Positions 16,530-25,175 of a DNA stretch of 64,000 nucleotides are shown piece after piece. Position numbers and translations under genes: made by a program. The notes below the pieces were generated by a model that worked only from the letters and a program-made list of their open reading frames with translations, was not told the DNA's origin and did not search any database. Source of the stretch: Candidatus Aenigmatarchaeota archaeon (GTDB taxonomy: Archaea; Aenigmatarchaeota; Aenigmatarchaeia; QMZP01; QMZT01); contig JAFGCI010000006.1 in NCBI GenBank assembly GCA_016932735.1, positions 127,144 through 191,143 of the forward strand, written 5' to 3'. The number at the start of each line of letters is the position of its first letter. Within the stretch, counting starts at the first letter, position 1.

Positions 16530-17402
16530 CTATTTCTCCTCTCGTTTTGTTTCTTCAACCGTCTCTTCTGCGTTTTTTGTGATTGCAATGGACTCGGTTG
16601 GGCTCTTATCACCTTTTCTTGAACTCAGGTTCTTCAGGGCATCGAATATTGCAATGGCAAGATTCGTTCTGGTTCCTGTCTGGCCCGAAGCGTTGACCCA
16701 TATATCCTTTATCCCGGCAATCTGGAATATTTTCTTGGATTCCTTGTCTGAAACAATACCTACGCCTTTTGGCGTCGGAAGGAATTTTACGATAACAGAG
16801 CCTCTCTTGGCTTCTGTCTTATAAGGGATAGAATGGCTCCCGCCACAGTTGCACTCCCATGAACCGCAACCCATCTTTACCCTTATCACTTTGAGCTTTG
16901 CCTGTTTTGTGGCTTTCTCTATTGCAATTCGGTGCTCCTGGGACGATGCGCTTCCTATTCCTACAATACCGTCGCCGTTTCCCACTACAATAAGAGCATT
17001 AAGTGTCATTCTTCTTCCGGATTTATGCATCCTGGCTGTCATTTTGGTGGCAGTCCTTCTTATACCGCCGCCCTTTCCCGGAGTTCCTCCTATGTAAATT
17101 ATCTCCTGCTGTAGGTCCGGAACAAGATAATCCACTATCTCCGGCTCAAGAATGACCTTTCCTTCAGCAAAAACATCATCAATCGTCTTGTATTTGCCTT
17201 CAACTACGTCCCTGCCGAGCTGAGTTCTCGGAACCCAGACGACTTCTTCTTCTCTTCTCGGAGACCTTCTTCCATCGTTTCTGCCCCTTCTGGTGTTTCT
17301 TCTTCCGTCATTTCTTCTACTATCACTGCTTCTTCTACCATCACTGGTTCTTCTACTATCACTGTTTTTTCTACCATCAATTCTGCCAATTTCTCCGGCC
17401 AT
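16530..17402 (-). CDS. rps5: 30S ribosomal protein uS5 with Arg/Asp/Ser repeat N-terminal extension
   Basis: WVPRTQLG, GNGDGIVG, GCGSWEC.C, P.PKGVG; start 17402 chosen (alternatives 17414, 17417). Confidence 0.95.
   Translation of the reverse strand: MAGEIGRIDGRKNSDSRRTSDGRRSSDSRRNDGRRNTRRGRNDGRRSPRREEEVVWVPRTQLGRDVVEGKYKTIDDVFAEGKVILEPEIVDYLVPDLQQEIIYIGGTPGKGGGIRRTATKMTARMHKSGRRMTLNALIVVGNGDGIVGIGSASSQEHRIAIEKATKQAKLKVIRVKMGCGSWECNCGGSHSIPYKTEAKRGSVIVKFLPTPKGVGIVSDKESKKIFQIAGIKDIWVNASGQTGTRTNLAIAIFDALKNLSSRKGDKSPTESIAITKNAEETVEETKREEK
17312..17383. repeat. 4 x 18-nt in-frame tandem repeat within uS5 5' end
   Basis: Units TTCTTCTAC(T/C)ATCACTGN at 17312, 17330, 17348, degenerate at 17366; encodes xSD(G/S)RR. 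Confidence 0.9.
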
Positions 17403-17510
17403 CGTATCAACCATCACTATAATTCAAATACATTAATTAATAATGCTATATATTTATATCTTACCGGTTACATCTCATTTTACAAAAAGATATATAAATA
17501 CCACTCATTC

Positions 17511-17631
17511 GCGGACTCTCACCGCTTTAGCGGTAGGTATCTTATGTATGTTCTGCACATTCTCAGAACGGGCGCGGCACACTAAGCGCCTATTTATCAG
17601 TTTTGCCTTAGATGAAATCTAAGGATTACCG
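17511..17631 (+). ncRNA. Candidate small structured RNA (four hairpins); strand inferred from an upstream TATA box
   Basis: Purine run plus ATATATAAATA at 17484-17500; hairpins at 17521-17534, 17550-17569, 17571-17590, 17606-17624; no ORF. Confidence 0.35.
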
Positions 17632-17636
17632 ATTTA

Positions 17637-17711
17637 TAGCGGGGGATGGATTTGAACCAACGACCTCTGGGTTATGAGCCCAGCGAGCACTCCAGGCTGC
17701 TCTACCCCGCT
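17637..17711 (-). tRNA. tRNA-iMet: Initiator tRNA-Met(CAU)
   Basis: AGCGGGG..CCCCGCT A with A1:U72, A11:U24, anticodon arm CTGGG CTCATAA CCCAG with three G:C pairs. Confidence 0.96.
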
Positions 17712-17836
17712 ATCTTTGGACAGATACCTATTCATGTATATGTCGGTTTTCGGACAGTAATTTATGCGTGTCTGCCTTATACCTACATATTATATCTATA
17801 GCGCTTTTAAAGGTAACTAAAACCCAATATTAAATT

Positions 17837-18850
17837 ATGAGTTCTCTGATGAAAGCCATGGTTCTTGAAAGTTGTGCCGATATAGACGAATCTCCCCTCA
17901 GACTGAAAGATGTTCAGATACCTGAGCCCGGAAATAAAGAGGTCAGGATCCGGGTAAGCGCATGCGGTGTATGCAGGACCGACCTGCATACGATTGAAGG
18001 CGATATTGGATATCCCGATTTGCCTTTAATCCCCGGCCATCAGATTATAGGTAAGATAGATAAGCTCGGCAAAAATGCAAAGAGGTTCAAAATCGGCGAC
18101 AGGATAGGAATTGCATGGCTCCGCCATACATGCGGTAATTGCGTATTGTGCAAGGACGGAAAGGAAAACCTTTGCGAAAACTCTTTGTTCACTGGATATC
18201 ATAAGAATGGGGGTTATGCCGAATATGCCATTGTTCCTGAAGATTTTGCATATGAAATACCAAAGATTTTCACAGATGAGGAAGCTACGCCTCTCCTCTG
18301 CGGGGGAATAATAGGCTACAGATGCCTTAAAAGGGCCGGAGTAAAGCCCGGTCAGTCTCTGCTTCTTAACGGTTTCGGCTCATCGGCGCATATAGTAATC
18401 CAGATAGCAAAATATTGGGGATGCAAGGTGTATGTCGTCTCAAGAAACCTGAATCACCAAAACCTTGCGAGGAAATTCGGGGCTTTCTGGGTCGGGGGAA
18501 GTACGTCAGGCGTCCCTGAAAATGTCGATGCCGCTATAATCTTCGCTCCGGCAGGGAATCTTGTCCCGCAGGTTCTCGAAAAGCTGAAAAAAGGCGGAAC
18601 AGTTGCACTGGGGGGAATTTACATGTCGGACATCCCTGAGATGAACTACGAGAAGCACCTATTCTATGAGAAGAATATACACAGCGTCACAAGCAATACC
18701 AGAAAAGATGGGGAAGAACTGCTAAAAATTGTAGCAAAGATACCAATAAGGCCCCAGACCAATACATACCCTCTTGAAAAAGCGAATGAAGCCTTACAGG
18801 ACTTAAAGCATGATAAGATAGAAGGGACAGCTGTATTGGTTCCTGTATAG
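17837..18850 (+). CDS. adh: Zinc-dependent alcohol dehydrogenase (MDR family)
   Basis: CGVCRTDLH, PGHQ, C..C..C.......C structural Zn site, LLCGG. Confidence 0.92.
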   Translation: MSSLMKAMVLESCADIDESPLRLKDVQIPEPGNKEVRIRVSACGVCRTDLHTIEGDIGYPDLPLIPGHQIIGKIDKLGKNAKRFKIGDRIGIAWLRHTCGNCVLCKDGKENLCENSLFTGYHKNGGYAEYAIVPEDFAYEIPKIFTDEEATPLLCGGIIGYRCLKRAGVKPGQSLLLNGFGSSAHIVIQIAKYWGCKVYVVSRNLNHQNLARKFGAFWVGGSTSGVPENVDAAIIFAPAGNLVPQVLEKLKKGGTVALGGIYMSDIPEMNYEKHLFYEKNIHSVTSNTRKDGEELLKIVAKIPIRPQTNTYPLEKANEALQDLKHDKIEGTAVLVPV

Positions 18851-18852
18851 AA

Positions 18853-19059
18853 TTATCTATACATAAGCTCTAACATTCTACTTTCCTGTTCTTGTGTTTC
18901 TTTTGGAATGGTCGCTTTTGAGTAAGGAAATCCTTCTATTGCAGGATTTCTTACAGCATTTTTCCTGAATCTATCCAAAACATGATATACTGTCTCCCAA
19001 TTAGGACTATCTCTTACCCTCTGTAAAGCCATTGTTAATGCCAAAGTACTGTAATTCAT
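18853..19059 (-). CDS. Small hypothetical protein
   Basis: 68-aa ORF filling the gap between adh and next gene; no motif. Confidence 0.4.
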   Translation of the reverse strand: MNYSTLALTMALQRVRDSPNWETVYHVLDRFRKNAVRNPAIEGFPYSKATIPKETQEQESRMLELMYR

Positions 19060-19099
19060 AAATAAAATATCACCTTAATATTTATAAATTTACTCCTTT

Positions 19100-20389
19100 T
19101 TAATCACTAATTTTATACCTGACATAAAGGTTCTCTTCGATATAGGAAACCAGCTTCTTCTTGAGCTCTTTTATCTCTTTCTTCAGATTCTCGGCTTCCT
19201 CCCCGTTCCGCTTCAACTCCTTCCCGACCTTTTCCTTTTCCGATTTCATCGTCTCAATATCAGTTTCTATGGAGGATTTTCTCTTTCTCACGGTTTCGAT
19301 AGCCTTTATCTCCTTCTTCATCTCTTCAAGCGATTTGAGCATTTTTATGTATTTATCCTTTATTTTCCTGACTTCGCCAGATTTTATCTTCTCAGCAAAG
19401 GATGCTATCTTCTTTGCATCCTTTTCGGCAAGTCCGACTTCCTTGTCTTTTTCGTGCTTTGCAACTATCCTTATGACGTTCTCAACCTTGTTTTCTCCTC
19501 CATCGGAAAGGCAGACATCGACAGGGGATCCGAGAAATTCGCTTATAACCCTGGCCTCGCCTGCTTCAGAGCCGTGTTTTATCTTCTTCAGTGGACGGTT
19601 CATTGTTGAAAGTTCTTCAGAAAGATTCATCTTTATTGAGATGGCTTCCTTTTCGGTTTCAGCAATATTCTTTTCCAGAGAGAGCAGTCTCTGCATCTCG
19701 GTTCCTTCTGCAAGGTCTGAAAGGTTCTTCTCCCTTTCAGCCTCCATTTCATCAAGGTGTTTCAGCTCTTTCTTCATCTTTCCAACATTAACCAGACACT
19801 CTTCGCTATCTTTTATTTTCCGGTTGATATCATTAATCATCTTATTGACATCGCCCCTGATTCTGAGTGCGCTCTTCTCTTTGGTCAGCTCCCGAAGCGA
19901 GGCAAGTTGTTTATTTATTTCTCCCATGCTGGAGACTATATTCTTCATGCTGTCCTTGAAATAGTTGGAAAGAATGTAGTTCTGGCGCAGGTTCGTTGTG
20001 TTGGCCCCTCCTATGAATTCAGTCATGTTTTTTGTATATTCATTTATAGAATCGATGGTAGTTTCGGCAAGCTTTCTCTGGGAATCAACAGAAGCTATGA
20101 ATTTCTTGAGCCATGCGTCCTTGACCATGTTTATGCGTGTGTATGTCTTATCCGTCTTCTCAAAATATGTGTCGCGCATCTTTTCAGCAGCCTTCTTCAC
20201 TTCCTTCAGCTGGGCTTCTATATTATCATTTATCTTCTCTATCTCCTTCATGGAGTTCTCGATGCCGTCGGCAAGCTTTGACTGGACCGCTTCCATTATA
20301 CCTTCAAAAGTCGTCTCTTCTTCCGTCAATTCGGGAGTTTTCTCTTCCTCCCTTTTCCTGAAAACATCAAAGAAACCCATATATACCAA
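19100..20389 (-). CDS. Long coiled-coil hypothetical protein
   Basis: 429 aa, E/K-rich heptads; no SMC/ATPase motif. Confidence 0.75.
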   Translation of the reverse strand: MVYMGFFDVFRKREEEKTPELTEEETTFEGIMEAVQSKLADGIENSMKEIEKINDNIEAQLKEVKKAAEKMRDTYFEKTDKTYTRINMVKDAWLKKFIASVDSQRKLAETTIDSINEYTKNMTEFIGGANTTNLRQNYILSNYFKDSMKNIVSSMGEINKQLASLRELTKEKSALRIRGDVNKMINDINRKIKDSEECLVNVGKMKKELKHLDEMEAEREKNLSDLAEGTEMQRLLSLEKNIAETEKEAISIKMNLSEELSTMNRPLKKIKHGSEAGEARVISEFLGSPVDVCLSDGGENKVENVIRIVAKHEKDKEVGLAEKDAKKIASFAEKIKSGEVRKIKDKYIKMLKSLEEMKKEIKAIETVRKRKSSIETDIETMKSEKEKVGKELKRNGEEAENLKKEIKELKKKLVSYIEENLYVRYKISD

Positions 20390-20414
20390 TTAGAGTTTGG
20401 GAACTAATATTTAA

Positions 20415-21473
20415 ATGTCGGTTTATTCAGACATAGTTATGGCGATAATAATAGGTTCTGACGAGCATAAGGATTTCGTCTCTTCGATTGCAAAAAACAT
20501 TGAAGGCTCGAAGGTTTTTTTCTACAAAAAAACACAGTTCAAGGGCTATTCTTCAGGAGGTATCTGGATCGGGGAACATAAAATCTCATTTCCGGAAGAA
20601 CTTATCAAAGAAATGCAGAAAGATGATGACGTCATACTCGTGATCAGAGGGAAGTACAAATACTGGAACTCAGATTCGATGTTCATGGAAGCATGCCAGT
20701 TAGTCGATACGCTGAAAAGCAGTGGACCAAACATGAAGGGCGTAAAGGCCGGAAGGCTTTGTCTCGTTCTTCCGAAAGAGGGTTATGTAAAGCAGGATAA
20801 GATTTTCAAAGACGATAAAGGAGAAAAGGTTTTTGGTGAATCCTTGTCGATAGCTACACATAGAAAAGTCCTGAAAAAGCTTGGCACAGACATCATTATC
20901 TCATTGTATCCCCACGATTTCCGGATGCCTGAAGATAGTGAAGACTGGATAAAGACTGATTACCAGAACTGGAAGGAATTCGCCTGGGCCGTGAATCCTG
21001 TAAAGTTGATACCGGATTATTTCAGAAAGAATAATATAGCGATAGACATTGTCGTAGCTCCTGATAAAAGTGCTTATGATTTCTCCAAATATATTGCAGA
21101 TTCAATCGGAGCCGATTGCCTCTGCATAGATTCTCACCGGTCAAGAGAAGACTGTGGCATTGTAACATCAAAAAACGCCTTGCACAGGAATCTTTCAGGA
21201 AAGTTTGTCCTCATACCCGATGACTGGATACTTGCAGGGGGGAAGACGAAGAATGCAATAAAGTTTGTGAGGCCGAAGGGGCATGAAGATAAATGGCCGA
21301 AAGAAATCCATATAGCAGTAATTCATGGAGAAATGAACGGAAATGCTTACGATGAACTAATGGAAAGGGACATAAAATTATACTGCACAAACAGCGTGGA
21401 GAATCCGGCCGGAGTAATTGATGTAACGGGCATTCTAGCTGACAGGATTAAGAAACTTTTTTTGGATGGATGA
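20415..21473 (+). CDS. Divergent ribose-phosphate pyrophosphokinase (PRPP synthetase)-like protein
   Basis: YVKQDK (cf. YSRQDR), APDKSA (cf. SPD.GG), LIPDDWILAGGK (cf. IVDD...TGGT), IHG, TNSV. Confidence 0.7.
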   Translation: MSVYSDIVMAIIIGSDEHKDFVSSIAKNIEGSKVFFYKKTQFKGYSSGGIWIGEHKISFPEELIKEMQKDDDVILVIRGKYKYWNSDSMFMEACQLVDTLKSSGPNMKGVKAGRLCLVLPKEGYVKQDKIFKDDKGEKVFGESLSIATHRKVLKKLGTDIIISLYPHDFRMPEDSEDWIKTDYQNWKEFAWAVNPVKLIPDYFRKNNIAIDIVVAPDKSAYDFSKYIADSIGADCLCIDSHRSREDCGIVTSKNALHRNLSGKFVLIPDDWILAGGKTKNAIKFVRPKGHEDKWPKEIHIAVIHGEMNGNAYDELMERDIKLYCTNSVENPAGVIDVTGILADRIKKLFLDG

Positions 21474-22158
21474 AATGAAAGAAGAAATAATAGCAGGAAT
21501 TGATGAAGCCGGAAGAGGCCCGGTTCTTGGGCCGATGTCAATCGCAGGAGTCTCTATCAGGAAAGCGGATGAGAAAAAGCTCATTGAAATTGGTGTAAAA
21601 GATTCCAAGGATCTGACTCCAAAAAAAAGGGAGGAGCTTGCGAAGAAGATTGAAAAGATTGCAAAAGATATCTTCGTCATAAACGTAGCTCCGTGCAGGA
21701 TTGATAATTATCTTTTATATCAGAAACTGAGCCTCAACGAAGTCGAGATAATCCGTTTTGCCGACATCGGAGACCTTCTTCGTTCCGACAAACTATACGT
21801 CGATTCACCGGAAGTTAAGACGGATAAATTCGCAAACAAGCTGAAAGCAAAAATGGAATACAAAAATACCGAAATAACAGCCGAAAACAAAGCAGATTCG
21901 AAATATCCGGTAGTATCAGCCGCATCGATAATTGCAAAGGTCGCACGCGATGCAGAGATGGAAAAGCTCAGAAAGGAGTTCGGAGTCCGCGGTTCTGGTT
22001 ACCCTTCAGATGAAGAAACTATCTCATGGATGAAAGAATATCTTGATAAGAACGGGAAATTCCCGGAGAAAGGGCTTGTCAGATTCTCATGGGACACTAC
22101 TAAGAAAATGCTTGCTGAAAGGAAGCAGTCAAGGCTTTTTGGTTTTTTCAGGAAATAA
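21466..22158 (+). CDS. rnhB: Ribonuclease HII with C-terminal PCNA-binding PIP box
   Basis: GIDEAGRGPVLGP, DSK.L, KAD..YPVVSAASIIAKV.RD, GSGYPSD; QSRLFGFF PIP box. Confidence 0.96.
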   Translation: MDEMKEEIIAGIDEAGRGPVLGPMSIAGVSIRKADEKKLIEIGVKDSKDLTPKKREELAKKIEKIAKDIFVINVAPCRIDNYLLYQKLSLNEVEIIRFADIGDLLRSDKLYVDSPEVKTDKFANKLKAKMEYKNTEITAENKADSKYPVVSAASIIAKVARDAEMEKLRKEFGVRGSGYPSDEETISWMKEYLDKNGKFPEKGLVRFSWDTTKKMLAERKQSRLFGFFRK

Positions 22159-22160
22159 AA

Positions 22161-22604
22161 CTAGTCCATGCAAAGATACTTCTGCTGCCTCAGATAAACG
22201 ACTTTCGCGCCTTCCGCACGAAGCCTTTTTCCAAGCTCGATGTCCTGAGTGCATATAACGAACCTGCTTCCTTTTTTGAAAAGCTCATCGTCTGTCTTGG
22301 TGCCTTTCTTCTTCTTTACTTCGACTATCTTTATTCCGAGCCTTTCAATGAATGACAAGGCGAGCTTCGCTGACCTCTTGGTCTCACCTTTGCCTTCTTC
22401 TATATGCGTTTTCAGCTCATCGACTACCATGTCCAGTGTATATAGCTCCGGCTGCCCGAATTCGTTTAATTTCTCGAATATATCAACGCCGTGCTTTCCC
22501 GGAATCATCAGGAAGCTCGTGTCGAGCAGGAATTTCATACTATCCTCTTTGACTGCCATCTTTATAAGAGAATTCGGATAAGAATCTATTATGCTGGCAA
22601 ACAA
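22161..22604 (-). CDS. PIN-domain protein (Fcf1/Utp24-like)
   Basis: LLDTSFL, V..EL, TDD.L, TQD..L..R, LRQ; start may be near 22538. Confidence 0.85.
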   Translation of the reverse strand: MFASIIDSYPNSLIKMAVKEDSMKFLLDTSFLMIPGKHGVDIFEKLNEFGQPELYTLDMVVDELKTHIEEGKGETKRSAKLALSFIERLGIKIVEVKKKKGTKTDDELFKKGSRFVICTQDIELGKRLRAEGAKVVYLRQQKYLCMD

Positions 22605-23013
22605 GGAAAAGGATCAGGATAAGCATCCTGTTTTCAAGACAAAGCTGACATTCGGTGAAAGGGCATCTGATGTCATAACGCAGTTCTGCGGAACCTGGAA
22701 GTTCATCATTTCTGTATTGGTATTCATTGCTGTATGGATGTCCATTAATATGCTGGCGTGGCTTTCTCACTGGGACCCGTATCCGTTTATACTTCTCAAT
22801 TTCATCCTGTCATGCCTTGCTGCCATGCAGGCTCCGATAATCCTTATGAGCCAGAACAGGGAGGCTCAGAGAGACAGAATACAGGCAAAATATGATTACC
22901 AGGTGAACAGAAAATCAGAGCGCGAGATTGAAAATATGCAGAAAGATCTTGACGAGATAAAAGGATTAATCCATGAAACTCATGAAATGATTAAAAACTC
23001 AAAGAAGATATAG
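22591..23013 (+). CDS. DUF1003 membrane protein
   Basis: TFGERASD....F.G.W.FI, DPYPFILLN..LS..AA.QAP.I.MSQNR. Confidence 0.92.
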   Translation: MLANKEKDQDKHPVFKTKLTFGERASDVITQFCGTWKFIISVLVFIAVWMSINMLAWLSHWDPYPFILLNFILSCLAAMQAPIILMSQNREAQRDRIQAKYDYQVNRKSEREIENMQKDLDEIKGLIHETHEMIKNSKKI

Positions 23014-23025
23014 AATCGTTTAGTG

Positions 23026-23601
23026 TCACGATGGTATAAACGACCATTTCCTTTTTCTCGGATATACGAGAAGTACGGAAACAAGAAGCCCTGTTACTGA
23101 TATAATGAGCATTACGGCGAATAGCAGCCTGAAACCAAACATCAACGCCAGCAGCCCGCCGACTGCGGCTGCAGCGGCTGTTATTATCCTGTACATAGAT
23201 TCCCACATGCCCCATTCGGAGACGAATTTTCCCCTGTCAAGATGCCTTGAATACAGGCCGTCGAATGCAGGAGTATTGACAGCTTCGCCAATACCGAACA
23301 TTATCTGGACAATGAAAAGGTCAATAGGGCTCCTTATGAAAAGATAGCCGGCATAGCCCATACAATTCAGGAGGAAACCAATTATGACGAGTTTCTCCTG
23401 ATGCTTGACATGATCTTCCCACCTGCTCAGAAAGAAAATAAGTATTCCGGCGGAAATCGAGAAAGCTCCATAAGCGCCTCCTGCCGTCAGCAGGTCTCCG
23501 CCTATCTGCTCGACAAAGACAGCATAAATCGGCCCGAACAATCCTCCCGCTAGCAGGAAAAGGTTCGAGGACGTAAGAAGAATCTTTAGCTCTCTTTGCA
23601 T
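23026..23601 (-). CDS. Half-size (6-TM) MFS-like transporter
   Basis: 191 aa, six hydrophobic helices, G.GEA...PA and D....G.EWG MFS-like segments. Confidence 0.7.
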   Translation of the reverse strand: MQRELKILLTSSNLFLLAGGLFGPIYAVFVEQIGGDLLTAGGAYGAFSISAGILIFFLSRWEDHVKHQEKLVIIGFLLNCMGYAGYLFIRSPIDLFIVQIMFGIGEAVNTPAFDGLYSRHLDRGKFVSEWGMWESMYRIITAAAAAVGGLLALMFGFRLLFAVMLIISVTGLLVSVLLVYPRKRKWSFIPS

Positions 23602-23624
23602 AATAAGATTATATTTGTGCGCCC

Positions 23625-24125
23625 TTATATCTTCCTTCTCATATCGATATGATAATCAGCAAAGCCCCATTTTCCGTATATTTTGTGAGCCTTTGGATTT
23701 TCCGGACTTACCATTATAGACGTATGTTTTATGTTCTTGGATTTAAACCACTCGAATGCTTCGTTAATTAACATAGAACTTATTCCCTGATTTCTGTATT
23801 TCTTCTCTACATACAGGTCTCCGATATGTCCGAGAAGTTTTACTTTGAATATCGGTATGTTCTTTTTGATAATACAGAGACAGTATCCGAGAATTCCGTC
23901 TTTATTTTCTGCAAGAAAAATGACTGCATTCTTTGAATGTATGCATCTCTTTGCATAAATTCTGAATTTTTCAGAAGCATCGCTAAGATGCTCACAATAA
24001 GGTTTTAGTGAAGGGTTTCTATCAACTACCGTCTTATCATGGCTTTCCATGAAGACCTTCCACATTCCAAGGATTTCAGTAACGTCCTTTAAGCGCGCTT
24101 TTCTTACAGAGATTGGGGAGTTCAT
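23625..24125 (-). CDS. GNAT N-acetyltransferase
   Basis: IGDLYV...YRNQGISS.L, V...N..A...Y.KWGF. Confidence 0.9.
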   Translation of the reverse strand: MNSPISVRKARLKDVTEILGMWKVFMESHDKTVVDRNPSLKPYCEHLSDASEKFRIYAKRCIHSKNAVIFLAENKDGILGYCLCIIKKNIPIFKVKLLGHIGDLYVEKKYRNQGISSMLINEAFEWFKSKNIKHTSIMVSPENPKAHKIYGKWGFADYHIDMRRKI

Positions 24126-24181
24126 GATATGAGATTGGACAGGTGTATTTTTATTGATTAGAAATTTTTCAGTCGCATGCT

Positions 24182-24601
24182 CTATCCAAATCCCAATAGT
24201 TTTAGAATTCTTCTCATTATTGATTGTTTTCTTTTGATTTTTCTTATTCTAACCACTGGTTTAAAATAGTCACCTTCCGCGTCTTCATCAAAATAAGTCT
24301 GAATCCATGTAATAACTTTGTACCCATTAATTTCTTCTGGGAAATTATCATATCTATTAAATTGTTTATTAATTATTCTGTATCCTCTTTTCACTCTGAC
24401 TTTGACTCCCTTTGGTATACCACCACAACTACCTGGACTTTTCATCAGCCAGTTTAATCTTTTCATCGCATGATTGGATCCATAGTACCATGCAATATTT
24501 TTGTTATAATTTCTTTTTCTATCGTTTTTCCTTTTCATAACTTCTCTTAACGATATTTTTGGTATTGAAGCATAAATAAAATCGTTTACAACATTTGGCA
24601 T
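24182..24601 (-). CDS. Hypothetical basic protein (AT-rich patch)
   Basis: 139-aa ORF, visibly more AT-rich than flanks; no family recognised. Confidence 0.5.
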   Translation of the reverse strand: MPNVVNDFIYASIPKISLREVMKRKNDRKRNYNKNIAWYYGSNHAMKRLNWLMKSPGSCGGIPKGVKVRVKRGYRIINKQFNRYDNFPEEINGYKVITWIQTYFDEDAEGDYFKPVVRIRKIKRKQSIMRRILKLLGFG

Positions 24602-24651
24602 CGTGCTGTACTGTATTTAAATCCGTTTTTGAATTGATAATAAGATTAATT

Positions 24652-25167
24652 ATGAAGAAAAGAAAGAAAAACAAAACAGAAAAAACTGAAGAGATACCAA
24701 GTGGTAGCAATTGGAAGGAAATACTTTTAGAAATATATCATACGGCTCCTCATCTTTACGGTCAGAGTCACTATATCAATTATCAGAACGACAATCATCC
24801 TATCGCAAAAAAGATTAAGATAACGGGAAAAGAATTAGATGCAGGTATTCTATTTCTTCTTTTACATGGATTGATAGAAGAAAATAATAAAAAAGAAGTA
24901 CTGGATATGATAAGTGAAAACTGGTCTTCTTGGATAGAATTGACAGAGAAGGGTTTTCAAGTTGCTTTGGATATAGAGAAAAATAGAAGTGAAACCAGAA
25001 CCAATAACGCAATTGTTCTTCTAACTTCAATTATAGCTTTCACGGGGGCAGCCTCGTTTCTTTTTCCATTAAATAGTACAGACTTGCAAAAATCAGCCAC
25101 TTTGTTAGTTTATGCATCATTCTTCATAATAATATTTGTGATTTTGAAAAGAAAGAAAACGTTATAA
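24652..25167 (+). CDS. Putative winged-helix protein with two C-terminal TM helices (AT-rich patch)
   Basis: IAKKIKI..KEL...I.FL...GLIE..., LTEKG wing; two hydrophobic segments at the end; start ATG 24652. Confidence 0.55.
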   Translation: MKKRKKNKTEKTEEIPSGSNWKEILLEIYHTAPHLYGQSHYINYQNDNHPIAKKIKITGKELDAGILFLLLHGLIEENNKKEVLDMISENWSSWIELTEKGFQVALDIEKNRSETRTNNAIVLLTSIIAFTGAASFLFPLNSTDLQKSATLLVYASFFIIIFVILKRKKTL

Positions 25168-25175
25168 GGAACTCC

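Noticed and set aside
17312-17383. CRISPR array
   Set aside because: Contiguous 18-nt units without spacers, in frame within uS5; no cas genes or repeat-spacer pattern seen in the window.
17511-17631. 5S rRNA, SRP RNA or RNase P RNA identity for the structured region
   Set aside because: Lacks 5S loop C CCCAUCCCGAAC, SRP helix-8 motif and RNase P P4 signatures; kept only as unknown ncRNA candidate.
19100-20389. SMC/Rad50 or ESCRT-III assignment for the coiled-coil protein
   Set aside because: No Walker motifs, zinc hook or Snf7 signature.
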